From NCBI GenBank assembly GCA_965214705.1, contig CBDCCI010000001.1, positions 544,001 through 608,000 of the forward strand: a stretch of 64,000 bases of DNA, in the 5' to 3' direction. Shown here piece by piece: positions 9,971-20,420 of the stretch. The position numbers and the translations under genes are program-made. The DNA is from Alphaproteobacteria bacterium. Lineage in GTDB: Bacteria; Pseudomonadota; Alphaproteobacteria; UBA828. The notes under the pieces are model-generated. The model had not been told where the DNA came from. It did no database searches and was given only the letters and a program-made list of their open reading frames with translations. The stretch's first letter is position 1. Each line of letters opens with the position of its first letter.

Positions 9971-10446
9971 TTACGCGGCTTTGATCTGCATCACCGGTAT
10001 GCCCAGCGTGCGGGCTTTGTCGACGAGGTTGCCGGTGATGCCGCTGCCGGGGAAGGCGATGACGCCCTTGGGCAGGAAGTTCAGCAGCTCGTCGTTGCGG
10101 CGGAAGGGCGCGGCCTTGCCGTGCGCGTTCCAATCGGGGCGGCAGATGACCTGGTTGACGCCTCTGGCCTCGGCCCAGCTTGCCGCGATCTTCTCGACGC
10201 CGGGACCGCCACCGTGGAGCAGCACCATGTCGCCGTACTTCGCGCGCGCCATGTCGAGCGTGCTCCAGACGGCGTCGGCATCGCTGACGGTCTTGCCGCC
10301 GGTGATCGCGACCAGGGTGCCCTCGGGCAGGTGCGCGCGGGTCTCGCGATCCTTGCGTGCGCGGCGGAAGTCGCGCGCGTCGATGGCGGCGGAGGTGAGC
10401 TGTCCGGTCTGGCTCGTGTGCGAGCCGTGGCGCGGGCGCCAGGTGT
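9971..10446 (-). pseudogene. DUF2493 (YspA/SLOG-like) gene, 3' half
   Basis: VAITGG, VLLHGGGPG, RPDWNAHGKAAPFRRNDELL and IAFPGSG motifs. The 5' half is at 25964-26421. Confidence 0.85.
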
Positions 10447-10805
10447 GCACTACCTGAAGCGAATTGTTCGCGAATGAACCGTGACGCACGGGTTGCTCTT
10501 TCCTCCTGTATATGGCTTACGCTACAGTGGGTTAGGATGATTGCAAGGGCGGATTGGGCGGAGATGGAGAACACATTGGCAAGTCCTGTGTCTCTCAGGA
10601 GTTGCACGCGGGGAAGTGGGTTGTGGATATTGGCGTAGAGCGCTGGTATGGTTCTTATCACGAATTGAGGGGGCTCTACGAGGACACAATGGCGGCATAT
10701 ACTATCGCTCACGAGGAATACCACAGGATTTTGGTGACATATTCCTCGTCCTCACGAAGCCACGTGTCCCGGTTGCAGCAGGTCCCTACGGGCGGCTCGC
10801 CACCA

Positions 10806-11167
10806 TGAGGGAGGATGCCAGTGGGCGCCGCCAGCGCGCGGTGATGGCGACCGATGCGGAGTGGGAGAGGATCGGCCGGGCGGCTGCGGCGAGCGGCATG
10901 GACCTGTCGCGCTTCGTGATCCATCGCGCTCTCGATCGCGATCCGCTGCCGCCGGAGGTCCTGCGCCGGGCGGTCCGCGAGATGCTGGTGATGTCCAGGC
11001 TGGAGGAGAGGCGGTTGCGCGGGGCGGGCGCCGGCGAGGCCTGGGAGGACGCCTGCGACGCGGTGGACGAATGGATCGAGCGGGAGGGCATGCTGGACCG
11101 GCTCACCGATCCCGGTGCTGCGAACCGCTGGAAGGCGGCGGGGCCGGCCGGGGAGGACGGGTCGTGA
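10806..11167 (+). CDS. MobC/ribbon-helix-helix-like relaxosome accessory protein
   Basis: RAVMATDAEWERIGRAAAASGMDLSRFVI RHH-type pattern. Confidence 0.55.
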
Positions 11168-11475
11168 CGGAGGAGGCGGCGCGGCCCGTCAGGCGTCAGC
11201 GCAGCCTGCACTGCAAGCCGGTGGAGCAGGAGATGATCCGGGAGCGCGCGGCGGCGGCGGAGAAGACCGTGTCGCGCTATATTCTGGATCTCGCGCTCGC
11301 CGACGATCCGGACCGCCATCCGCTGGTGCTGACTGAAGCGGAACAGGTGGAGCAGCGGGACGGGGTGCGGGAGTTGCAGGCATTCGTGCGGGCTCTCCGG
11401 CGCGAGCTTCCGGGGGGCAGCGGGCTGAGCCTTCTGAGCGCGATCTCCGTCCTCGCGAGGGAGCGTGCGCTGTGA
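11164..11475 (+). CDS. RHH-like mobilisation accessory protein
   Basis: GTG start overlaps the previous stop. RSLHCKPVEQEMIRERAAAAEKTVSRYILDLAL. Confidence 0.55.
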   Translation: MTEEAARPVRRQRSLHCKPVEQEMIRERAAAAEKTVSRYILDLALADDPDRHPLVLTEAEQVEQRDGVRELQAFVRALRRELPGGSGLSLLSAISVLARERAL

Positions 11476-12008
11476 GACGGACGCGGCGTCGGCGGAAGGC
11501 GCGCAGGCCGAGCAGGCACATCTCGATTTCGGCGACGGACGCGGAGTGGGAGACCGTTCGCAACAAGGCCGACCAGCGCGGGCTGTCGATCGCGCGCTAC
11601 CTGCTGGAGCTGGTGGAGCGGGACGGCTCGGAAGAGGACACTGGTCTCCGGCACGAGTGGCCCGCGTTGGCGCTGGCAAAGGACGAGCAGCGGGAGCAGC
11701 TGGAGGCGCTGCGGGAGGTTCGCGCGCTGATGCTGGAGGGGGAGGATGCGGGTCCGCTTGTGCGCGACATGCGGGAGAGGATCGCGGTGATGTTCGCCGC
11801 CTGGGCGTCCGCGATGGCCGGGGCGGGCCGCTCGGAAGAGCTGCGCATGGCGCTCGCCTCGGTGCTGGGCGAGGAGCGGGCACGCATCGCTGCGGCGTCG
11901 GTCGTGACCTCGGTCACGGTTTCGACCGAGCCGCCGGCAGCGAAGAAAGAGGTCGCGCCTGAGTCCCGCGAGGGAAAGGCGGACGCCGGCCAGGACCGGC
12001 TCTTGTGA
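11472..12008 (+). CDS. RHH-like mobilisation accessory protein
   Basis: ISISATDAEWETVRNKADQRGLSIARYLLEL. Paralog of the 10806 ORF, translationally coupled. Confidence 0.6.
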   Translation: MRRTRRRRKARRPSRHISISATDAEWETVRNKADQRGLSIARYLLELVERDGSEEDTGLRHEWPALALAKDEQREQLEALREVRALMLEGEDAGPLVRDMRERIAVMFAAWASAMAGAGRSEELRMALASVLGEERARIAAASVVTSVTVSTEPPAAKKEVAPESREGKADAGQDRLL

Positions 12009-12235
12009 GGCGGGCACCATGTGCGCCGCGGTCCCTATCGAGGTGCAGAGAATCGTCGGTACAAGGGGAGAGACAACGTGATTGCGGGACGCGGCGGCAG
12101 AAGCGAAAGGTCGCGCTTTAGGCCCACAACGGGAAGACGGACTTGCACCTATACCGTTTGCTGTGAGGCGGCCTCCATGTGCGCCACCGGCATGAACGAG
12201 GTGCACGAGATCGACCACACGAGGGAACAATTGTC

Positions 12236-12901
12236 GTGACTGCGGAGCGCGACGGCAAGAGCGCGTGGACCGGCCAGCCGGACTTGCTGGCGAGCCTGCC
12301 GCCGGAGGGCCCGCCCGCTTCGCGGCCGGATCCCGGTATCGATCCTGCCGTGGTCGAGGAACTGCTCACCGAAGTCCGGGTCCTGCGGGAGCAGGTGGCC
12401 GGACTGAAGGAAGCGGTATCCGCCGACCGGCCTGCGCCAGCGCCTGAGGCTGCACCTGAGGTGCTGACGCGGGAGGCGCTGGAAGCCTGGGGCGACGGAC
12501 TCGTGGCCCGTGTTGCCGAGGCTGCGCGACCGGCGGACGCGCTGGCGGCCGGGCCCGGGGAAGATGCCGCGGCAGCGCTTGATGGCCATGCCGGCAGGAT
12601 CGAGGAAGCGGCGGTGAAGGCGGCAGCGGCGGCGGAACGCATCGATCGGGGTATGGCAACCACTGCGGACCGGGTCGCGGCCGGGGTCGAGGAGGCCGCG
12701 GCCAGGATCGAAAAGGGCCTCGCGGCGACGCGCTCCCAAGTCATCGACCATTCCGGTTCTATCCGTGGGCTTCTCTATGACGTCCTCACGCAAACGGCCG
12801 GACCGAAGTTCGGCTTGAAGACGGTTCTTGTGGGCTTGATCGTCTTCGTTCTGGGCATGCTGCTCGAGAGCCACATACATCTGCTCTACCGATGGCAGTG
12901 A
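12236..12901 (+). CDS. Hypothetical coiled-coil protein with C-terminal transmembrane helix
   Basis: Ala-rich helical body ending in TVLVGLIVFVLGMLL. Lies just upstream of the relaxase. Confidence 0.55.
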   Translation: MTAERDGKSAWTGQPDLLASLPPEGPPASRPDPGIDPAVVEELLTEVRVLREQVAGLKEAVSADRPAPAPEAAPEVLTREALEAWGDGLVARVAEAARPADALAAGPGEDAAAALDGHAGRIEEAAVKAAAAAERIDRGMATTADRVAAGVEEAAARIEKGLAATRSQVIDHSGSIRGLLYDVLTQTAGPKFGLKTVLVGLIVFVLGMLLESHIHLLYRWQ

Positions 12902-12976
12902 GCCCGGTGAGCCTGCGGCGTCCCGCCTGTCCGCCACTGCCGCGCACCGGCGCGGCCGTAATCGGGGTCTGAGCCG

Positions 12977-15900
12977 ATGGTCGCCACGGTCGTCGAGCTT
13001 CGTTCGTCCGCCATGGCGGTGACCTACTACGAGCGCGACGGCTACTACGCAAAGAACGATCCCGAGCACCGCCAGGCCAGCTTCTGGTACGGGGACGCGG
13101 CGAAGGCGCTGGGGCTCAAGGCCCATGTGCGCCCCTCGCGCTTCGAATCGGTGCTGTCGGGATTCGTGCCGGGGATGGAGCTCCGTCTCGGCCGAATGCG
13201 CGAGGGGGAGCACGATCACCGGCCCGGCTGGGACATAACCCTGTCGGCTCCGAAGTCGGTATCGCTGGAGGCGCTGGTGATGGGCGACCGCCGGGTGATC
13301 CGGGCTCACGACGAGGCGGTGCGGGCGACGCTCGGCTTCGTGGAGTCGGATCTCCTGCAGACCCGGGGCTGGGACCCGGCGACGCGGCGCCGTCCCCGGG
13401 TGAAGGCGGAGGGCATGGTGGTGGCGGGGTTCCGGCACCTCGCGAGCCGCGACCAGGACCCGCAGCTGCACACCCACTGCGTGCTGGCCAACATGACGCG
13501 CAATGCGTCGGGGGAATGGCGGAGCGTGGAGCCGACCAGGATCCGCCGCAGCGAGAAGCTGATCGGGGCGTACTACCGGAACGAGCTCGCGCAGCGTCTC
13601 CAGGCTTTGGGTATGGCCGTCTCGCCGAGCCTGGTGGGACGGGTACCGGGGTTCGAGCTTGCGGGCTACGACCGCTCCTTCCTGGACGCGTTCTCGGGCA
13701 GGCGCCGCGAGATTCTTGCGTACCTGGAGCGCCAGGACCTGTCCTACACGGCGAAGCACACGCAGATGGCGGCGCTGCACACGCGCCGGCGCAAGGAGGA
13801 CAAGGGCCTCGCGGACCTGGTGCCGGAATGGCGCGAACGGGCGCAGGCACTGAGTCTGGCCCGGGAGAAGACGGCTCTCACGCCGTCCCGGCCGCTGGAC
13901 CCGGTGACCGGCGAGCGGGTTGGATTGCCGCACGTGCTACCTCCCGACCTGCCGGCCAACGAGATCCGCAGCCTGAAGCGCGCGCCGGCGCTGCCGGCGC
14001 TGCCGAGGTTGGCCCGCGACGACGTTGCCGCGTCGGCGGGGGTGAATCCCACGCAGTCTCGCTCACCGGCGCCGGCGGAGCTGTCGCAGGAGCCTGAGCG
14101 CGGCGTCCTGGAGGCGGTGGCGCGGGCGGTGTCGCACGTTGCGGAGAGGCGCACCGCGATCCCGGAGGCGGAGATCAGGGCGGTGGCGCTGGGCCATGCG
14201 CCGGGGCGCTACACGCTGGCCGAGGTCGACGGGGCGATCGCACGGCTGGTGTCCGGCGGCGAGCTGATCGAGGCGGAACGCCGGGGCATGGACCGGGCCT
14301 TCGTCACCGACCGGGCGGTGAAGGCCGAACGCCAGGTGCTGGCGTCGATGCAGGCGGGACGGGACAAGGGAACGGCGCTGGCCGGTACAGATGCCGTCGA
14401 GGCGCGGCTCGGGGCGTCGCGTCTCACGCAGGGCCAGAGGGAGGCGGTCCGCACGGTGCTGCTGTCGAGCGATCTCACGGTCGGCGTGCAGGGCCATGCG
14501 GGCAGCGGCAAGACCACCATGCTGAGGGAGGTGAAGGCGCTTCTCGGAGGCAGGACGATACAGGGCCTCGCGCCCTCGGCCGCCGCCGCCCGGGTTCTCG
14601 CCAGGGAGGCAGACATCCCCTCGCGGACGCTGCAGCACTTCCTGACCCGCTTCAACGATCTTTCCGACCCGGAGCGACTGGCGCGGGGCCGGGAGGAGTA
14701 CGGGGGCGCGGTGCTGGCGGTGGACGAGGCCTCGATGATCGACACCGTGCGCATGGAGGCGCTGCTGCGCATCGCGCGCGATCTGAATGTGGCACGCGTG
14801 GCGCTGGTGGGCGGCACCGCGCAGCTGAAGGCGGTGGATGCGGGCCAGCCCTTCCGCCTGCTGCAGAAGGCGGGCATGGCGACGGCGACCATGGACGAGG
14901 TGCTGCGCCAGCGCGACCCGGCGCTGCGCGCGACGGTAGGCCGCGTCAGGGAGGGGGAGCCGGACGCGGCGATCGCGGCGCTGGGCAACCGGGTGCGCGA
15001 GGCGCCCCGCGAGGAGCTCGGCATCGAGGCGGGCCGGCGCTGGCTCGCGCTGGCGCCGGAGCAGCGGGCGGACACCCTGATCCTGGCCCCCACGCACGCG
15101 ATCCGCCGGCAGGCAAACGAGGCGGTGCGCGAGGGGCTCGCGGAGGAAGGCGTCTTGAAGGGCCGCACGCTCGCCGTCGACCGCCTGGTAAACCGGCGGC
15201 TCACCCGCGCGCTGGCTTCCGACATCCGGAGCTACGAGCCCGGCGACACTATAGTGTTCCACCGCGACGTCTTCGGCTGCCGCGCGAACGACGTCTGCAC
15301 CGTCACGGGCCACGACGGCGGCAGGGTCGTGCTGGCCCATGCCGACGGCGAGCGCCGGTTCCGGCCCTCGGGCAATGCGGCGCGCTATCTGGGCCTCTAC
15401 GACACCGAGCGGATCGAGCTGCGCGCCGGCGACCTGATCCGCTGGACGCGCAACCGCAAGGCCCCGCCCGGCCGCGGCAGGCATCCCCGGGGGCCGGACC
15501 TGGTCAACGGCGGCGAGGCGGAGATCGTGGAGATCGGCTACAGGCGGGTGCGCTTCCGCGAGGGCGGCCGGGAGTTCGGTCTTGCGCTTACCGACCCGCA
15601 GCTGCGCCATCTGGATCATGCCTACTGTTCCACCGTGCATTCTGCGCAGGGCCGGACGGCGCGGGCGGCGATCGCGGTGCTGGACGCGGGCGCCGGGGCC
15701 GACCGCGAGCTGTTCCATGTCGAGCTCAGCCGGGTCTCGGAAGAGTTCCTGCTGCTGACCGACGACCGCGACGCGCTGATCGAGAGCATGGCATACGACC
15801 GGAGCGAGGACGGGGCGCTGGAGGCCTTGGGGATCGACCTTTCCGAGACCCCCGCGGTGGACCCCGAGGAGTTCGCGGCGCTGGCGGCGGACTGGCGGGC

Positions 15901-17773
15901 GCTTCTGCGGGAGGGCGAGGCGGCGAACACCGTTCCGTTCCTCCTCCCGGGCTACCGGGATGTGATGGCGCAGGCTGCTGCGCTCGCGCAGATCGAGGAC
16001 CTGCCGCAGGACATGCGCCGCCTCACCGATACCATGCTGGCGAAACACGAGGAGCATCTGGCCCACGACCGCGAGGTGCAGGGCCTCGTCGAGGGCATCC
16101 GGGACCACTGGCGGCGCTGGCCGGAGCTCGGCTGGGCGGCCTCCGCGCAGGGAGTGCCGGTGGAGCAACTCCCCGCATACGCTGCCTGGCGCGAGGAAGG
16201 GGCGGCGCTTCTGCAGGCGGGCCGGAGCCTGGTGGAGGCGGAGGGCGAGGCGGCACACCGCGAGGTGGCCCGCCACCTCCATGCCATGCCGGGAGGGCGC
16301 GCCGGTCTGGAAGACGCCGTCGAAATGCTCGAACGCACGCGGCTGCTCGACGATGCCGGACGCTTCGAGAGGGCGTGGCACGATCTCCGCCATCGAGCGG
16401 CTGAGAGCGTCGTCCCAGAGCTGTATGCGCCGGGCTACCGGCAGGTAGCGGCGCTTGGCGAAAGGCTCGCGGCCGCCGAGGGGCTCGATGCGCAGGCGCA
16501 GCGCGTGGTGGCGGATTGGCGGGAGGTCGATACGGCGCAGACGGCACTGGCCGAAGAGGTGCGTGCCCTGCCCGGTCGCATCGCGGCGTGGCAGGCGGTG
16601 GACCTGCCGCAGGACGAGCCCGGCGGGCTCGATCCGCACCATCCCGCACGCCGCGCCTGGCGCGACGAAGGCGCCAAGCTGGAGGCCATGGCCGGGGACA
16701 TGCTGCGCCCGGAAGACGCCCACGCGCCCTACCTGGACGCCGAGCCGGGTGCGCGCGACGCTGTCCGGCAGGTGGCGGAGGAGATCAGCGACGCGCTGCG
16801 GCACGACCGCTACCGGGCATTCGGGTGGCTGACGAAGGAGGTGAACCGGCAGGCGCGCGAGACCCGGACCGAGGCGTTCCATGTGCCGCGCTACAGCGAG
16901 CTGGTGGCACAGGCCGAGGCGCTCTCCGCGCAGGCGGCGCTGCCGGCGCGCACGCAGGAGGTGATCGCTTCATGGCTCGACTATCACGCCCGGTGCGAAC
17001 CGGTCTGCCGGCAGATCCGGGAATGGCCCGCACGGCTGGACGCGCTGACGGCGGACTGCCCCGAACGTCCCGCGACGCTCGACGCCCTGACCAAGTGGCG
17101 GCAACGGGCGGAGCCCCTGCTCGCAGAGGCCCGCGCGATGCTGGCGGAGGACGGCCCTCATGCGTCCCATCTGGCCGCCATGGTGGACGAGCGCAAGGCG
17201 CTGGCCGAGGGAACGGGCCGCCTCGACCGCGCGCTGGTCGAGGTCGAGGCGCGGGAGACGGACGTGGTGTCTTCGGTCGTACAAGAGTGGGCGGGGGAGA
17301 CCTATGGGATCGGCTTCGACAGCGGCGCCTATGCCGCGCTGATGGAGCGCGCACGCTCCCTCGATGCCAGGCCGCATCTGCCGGAGAGGCTGCGCGACAC
17401 GGTCGACGTCCTTCTCGCCAGGGACGAATGCTGGGCGCATAACCGGGATCGGGTCGAAGCGTTTCTCAAACGGGCTGCGGAGCTTGAGCGCGCGCGGAAC
17501 GCTCTGACGCAGATGGACGTCACGGCCTCGTCGTTCGAGGAGCGTCCGCAGGCCCGGCGAGACTGCCGGCAGAAGGAGAAGGAGGTTCTCGACGAAGCGG
17601 CAGCGCTCAGGAAGGACATGCCGAAACACGAGCTCGCCGCCCATCTGGCCGCCTGCGGCGCAGGCCCGGATGCGGTCCGTGAGCGCGAAGAGGAGATCCG
17701 CAACAGGATCGCCCGGGAGCAGGAAAAGCAGGCCGCCCTGCGAATGAGCCGGGACCGGGGAATCTCGATGTAG
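12977..17773 (+). CDS. mobF: MOBF (TrwC/TraI-like) relaxase-helicase with long helical C-terminal extension
   Basis: TYYERDGYY, DITLSAPKSVS, HLASRDQDPQLHTH (HUH), GHAGSGKTT, VDEASM, HAYCSTVHSAQG, and terminal RDRGISM. Confidence 0.92.
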   Translation: MVATVVELRSSAMAVTYYERDGYYAKNDPEHRQASFWYGDAAKALGLKAHVRPSRFESVLSGFVPGMELRLGRMREGEHDHRPGWDITLSAPKSVSLEALVMGDRRVIRAHDEAVRATLGFVESDLLQTRGWDPATRRRPRVKAEGMVVAGFRHLASRDQDPQLHTHCVLANMTRNASGEWRSVEPTRIRRSEKLIGAYYRNELAQRLQALGMAVSPSLVGRVPGFELAGYDRSFLDAFSGRRREILAYLERQDLSYTAKHTQMAALHTRRRKEDKGLADLVPEWRERAQALSLAREKTALTPSRPLDPVTGERVGLPHVLPPDLPANEIRSLKRAPALPALPRLARDDVAASAGVNPTQSRSPAPAELSQEPERGVLEAVARAVSHVAERRTAIPEAEIRAVALGHAPGRYTLAEVDGAIARLVSGGELIEAERRGMDRAFVTDRAVKAERQVLASMQAGRDKGTALAGTDAVEARLGASRLTQGQREAVRTVLLSSDLTVGVQGHAGSGKTTMLREVKALLGGRTIQGLAPSAAAARVLAREADIPSRTLQHFLTRFNDLSDPERLARGREEYGGAVLAVDEASMIDTVRMEALLRIARDLNVARVALVGGTAQLKAVDAGQPFRLLQKAGMATATMDEVLRQRDPALRATVGRVREGEPDAAIAALGNRVREAPREELGIEAGRRWLALAPEQRADTLILAPTHAIRRQANEAVREGLAEEGVLKGRTLAVDRLVNRRLTRALASDIRSYEPGDTIVFHRDVFGCRANDVCTVTGHDGGRVVLAHADGERRFRPSGNAARYLGLYDTERIELRAGDLIRWTRNRKAPPGRGRHPRGPDLVNGGEAEIVEIGYRRVRFREGGREFGLALTDPQLRHLDHAYCSTVHSAQGRTARAAIAVLDAGAGADRELFHVELSRVSEEFLLLTDDRDALIESMAYDRSEDGALEALGIDLSETPAVDPEEFAALAADWRALLREGEAANTVPFLLPGYRDVMAQAAALAQIEDLPQDMRRLTDTMLAKHEEHLAHDREVQGLVEGIRDHWRRWPELGWAASAQGVPVEQLPAYAAWREEGAALLQAGRSLVEAEGEAAHREVARHLHAMPGGRAGLEDAVEMLERTRLLDDAGRFERAWHDLRHRAAESVVPELYAPGYRQVAALGERLAAAEGLDAQAQRVVADWREVDTAQTALAEEVRALPGRIAAWQAVDLPQDEPGGLDPHHPARRAWRDEGAKLEAMAGDMLRPEDAHAPYLDAEPGARDAVRQVAEEISDALRHDRYRAFGWLTKEVNRQARETRTEAFHVPRYSELVAQAEALSAQAALPARTQEVIASWLDYHARCEPVCRQIREWPARLDALTADCPERPATLDALTKWRQRAEPLLAEARAMLAEDGPHASHLAAMVDERKALAEGTGRLDRALVEVEARETDVVSSVVQEWAGETYGIGFDSGAYAALMERARSLDARPHLPERLRDTVDVLLARDECWAHNRDRVEAFLKRAAELERARNALTQMDVTASSFEERPQARRDCRQKEKEVLDEAAALRKDMPKHELAAHLAACGAGPDAVREREEEIRNRIAREQEKQAALRMSRDRGISM

Positions 17774-17897
17774 ATGTGGAACGCCGTAGGCGTGGACCGC
17801 CGCGTCCGTGCACTCCGCAGGGCGATGCTGTCGAGGCGGGGCACCGTTCCCTCCCATGGCGGCCTTCGGCCTGCCGCTAGCAAGTGGGTTTGGCCGG

Positions 17898-17937
17898 TTC
17901 TGTTAGCGCATTGATTATTCTGTTAGCGCATCGATTA
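17898..17937. repeat. 2 x 20-bp tandem repeat
   Basis: TTCTGTTAGCGCATTGATTA / TTCTGTTAGCGCATCGATTA. Confidence 0.85.
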
Positions 17938-17943
17938 TCCGCT

Positions 17944-18108
17944 GGGTCTGCGTCTGGCATGGCGGACGCATCGAGAATGTATGTGGTTGATTCTCCGCGA
18001 TTTTGCATTCGCACCGGATGGCCGCAAACGGGCCCTCGTGACAATCGGTGCTTCTGAGCCTGACTTCGGTCACGACAACGGGCTGGAGTGGGAGCGGTAG
18101 AAACGCTC
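17944..18108. repeat. 165-bp direct repeat, copy 1
   Basis: Matches 21885-22049 and ends exactly at the IS1595 inverted repeat. Confidence 0.92.
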
Positions 18109-18220
18109 GGGGCTTATGATCCTTACTTAACGGGCGAGGGGCGATCAGGATGATGGCGGGATGCGGAAGGTGGTCTACACCGTCGGTGGAACGGGCGCTC
18201 TTGGCGTCGGAGAAAGAGTG

Positions 18221-18550
18221 ATGTCCGTCATCTTTCCCGAATGGTCGCTGTACACCTGGGGTGTGGTCGGTGCGGCCTTTATCGCCCTGATAGTGCTGAC
18301 GTGGCTGACAGAGCCGAACCGCATTTTCGGGAGGAAGTGGCGCGCTCTGAGAATCGCGCGCGATGAGAAGATCGCACGGCTCGCCGCCAACATGATCGAG
18401 GAAAAGCGGATACGGCGGATCGCCGAGGCCACGATGATGCACTACACGGAAGACCCGGAGATGAAACTGCGGATGGGGCAAAAGCTCCTGGAAAAGTGGG
18501 AGAAGGAAGATGAGGCCGCCCGCCGTTCAGACGACGAGCGGCCCCAATGA
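18221..18550 (+). CDS. Small membrane-anchored hypothetical protein (passenger)
   Basis: One hydrophobic helix (WGVVGAAFIALIVLTWL) followed by a charged helical tail. Confidence 0.5.
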   Translation: MSVIFPEWSLYTWGVVGAAFIALIVLTWLTEPNRIFGRKWRALRIARDEKIARLAANMIEEKRIRRIAEATMMHYTEDPEMKLRMGQKLLEKWEKEDEAARRSDDERPQ

Positions 18551-18561
18551 GCGGATTCGCC

Positions 18562-19989
18562 CTACCGGCTTGTGCCGAACGCGGCCGTGAGGTCGGCGCG
18601 CCCGAGCGTTCCGGCGGCGCCCTCGTGGGCGGCGCCCGTGAAGATGCCCGTGAGTGTACCATCATCACCGCCAGTTTCTCGGAAGGTGTTGCCGTCCACG
18701 GCGATCAGGTAGCCGAGATCGCCGTCGCCCCAGGTGCTGCCGCCTTCGCGGTACTCAAGGGCGGTGAAGTCGGCGGTTCCGGTCAATGTGCCGAGTTGAA
18801 CGCCGATCTCCGCGTCGCCGACGACGGGGCGCCGCCCGGAGAAGCCGAGCAAGGCACCCTGCCATGTCACGGTGCCGGACAGCGCGCGGTTGCCCGCGAG
18901 CGTGGTGCTCGGCGTGCGCCCATGCGCCCAAGGCTCGCTGTAACCGTTCCTGAGCGCGACGCCGAAGTTGGCATGTGGCCCGTTGCCGGCAAGGTGGACC
19001 GCTATGCTGTCCCACGGGCCGAAGTCATTGGGACCGTCGCCGGGATTGAGGCGCCCGTACATGGCTTGGAGCGCCTCGCGGTCGAGCGGATGAAGGATCG
19101 AGGACAGTCCAGACGGGATGTAGTTCGGGTGCATGATCGAATCGATCGTCGAGACATGCGCATCCATCCCGAGCGAGTGCAGGATTTCGTGCGCCACAAG
19201 CGACTGCGCCAGCACCTCGATGTTGTAGGCGGTGGTCCCGCGGGCGATCTGCACGTAGGCGTGATCGTTCCTGTGCCCGGCCTTCTCGATGGTCCATGTG
19301 GTGCCCGAGGCCCCACCGCAGTTCACGTAGGCCGCGCAGTCCAGAAACTCGATGTGGATGGTGTTGGACCGCTCTCTTCCCGACTTGGTGTAGAACCCTC
19401 GGGAGTTCACCGCGTCGCGCAAGCTGAGTCCCGACAAGGGAGCCTCGACCTGGATGCGGTAGGCCAGAGGCAGCGAGAGATTGACCGCCTCCACCACCTC
19501 CGCGACGAGCTCCCGCTCACGCGCGGTCGACGGTCCGATCACCCTGAGTGCTGGCGCCGAGGCGAAGCGCGTGATGGTTCCCCTGGAGGTCACGGCGAGA
19601 TGGTTGGCGACGGCGCTGCGGCCGACACCATCGTTGAGGACGCCGTAGCGGATCGTCGCACCGGCGCGCGTGCCGACAGTCGGCAAAGTGCCGAGGGGCG
19701 AATCCCTCAGATCGACGCCGGCATTCTGCCGGTCGCCGCTGGTCAGCGGGAATGGCAGCGCTGCAGCCCGTTCAGCCGCCTCGCGTTCGGCCTCTTCTCT
19801 GGCGAGCCGCTCCCGCTCCAGGCGTTCCGCTTCCTCACGCTCCACGCGCTCTTGTTCCGCCGCCTCGCGCTCGGCCTGTGTAGGTTCAACGGTCGACGTG
19901 ACGGGGGTGCTCCCGCCTCCACCGCCACACGCGGCAAGCGCCACCAAGGCCGCAACGCACGCTACGGCGGTCAACGATGTTCTGATCAT
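18562..19989 (-). CDS. Lipoprotein: metzincin-like Zn metalloprotease with C-terminal TbpB-like barrel
   Basis: Lipobox LAA-C followed by GGGGGS, an E/R-rich helix, HEILHSLGMDAH with SIMHP Met-turn, GTVTWQG, and terminal LTAAFGTSR. Confidence 0.8.
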   Translation of the reverse strand: MIRTSLTAVACVAALVALAACGGGGGSTPVTSTVEPTQAEREAAEQERVEREEAERLERERLAREEAEREAAERAAALPFPLTSGDRQNAGVDLRDSPLGTLPTVGTRAGATIRYGVLNDGVGRSAVANHLAVTSRGTITRFASAPALRVIGPSTARERELVAEVVEAVNLSLPLAYRIQVEAPLSGLSLRDAVNSRGFYTKSGRERSNTIHIEFLDCAAYVNCGGASGTTWTIEKAGHRNDHAYVQIARGTTAYNIEVLAQSLVAHEILHSLGMDAHVSTIDSIMHPNYIPSGLSSILHPLDREALQAMYGRLNPGDGPNDFGPWDSIAVHLAGNGPHANFGVALRNGYSEPWAHGRTPSTTLAGNRALSGTVTWQGALLGFSGRRPVVGDAEIGVQLGTLTGTADFTALEYREGGSTWGDGDLGYLIAVDGNTFRETGGDDGTLTGIFTGAAHEGAAGTLGRADLTAAFGTSR

Positions 19990-20216
19990 GTGTGCATCTC
20001 CCGTGGACCCGACCGCGCCCCGTGGCGCCTGGCGCCGGGCCGTTGCAAACCTCACGGGTATGTGATGTCCCCACCTATTCGCCCTGGCGCGGGAGCTACC
20101 CGAGCCGTTTGCGAGGCTGTTCTATTCAGCGGGCGGCCCGACAGGGCGGGCACCCGGAGGTTTGCAGGGGATAGCGTGACGGGCGCTCGCGGCGCCGTCA
20201 AGCAAGGAGACTAGCT

Positions 20217-20420
20217 ATGACCCGAGGTGTTCCGGTGCTCGATCCGAAGCGCGACTTGAAGGGCGCGACGCCCGAGAAGCTGGCGAAGGCGCTGTTTCGC
20301 CGGACGGGGCCGCTACCGGCCCGCGTTCGACAGCCCGTTGCGGGCGATCAGGTCGCGGTAGAGGAGGTTCCGGCCGACGAGGCGGGCGACGGTATCACGC
20401 ATCTGGACGAGGGTTCCTGA
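20217..20420 (+). CDS. Small ORF convergent with and overlapping the IS1595 transposase 3' end
   Basis: AAGGAGA RBS, 67 aa. Confidence 0.4.
   Translation: MTRGVPVLDPKRDLKGATPEKLAKALFRRTGPLPARVRQPVAGDQVAVEEVPADEAGDGITHLDEGS

Noticed and set aside
14063-16882. Long antisense ORFs here and at 18547, 32520, 38349, 57361 and 61878
   Set aside because: Shadow frames of real genes, expected at high GC.
17898-17937. CRISPR-like repeat
   Set aside because: Two adjacent units with no spacers and no cas genes.
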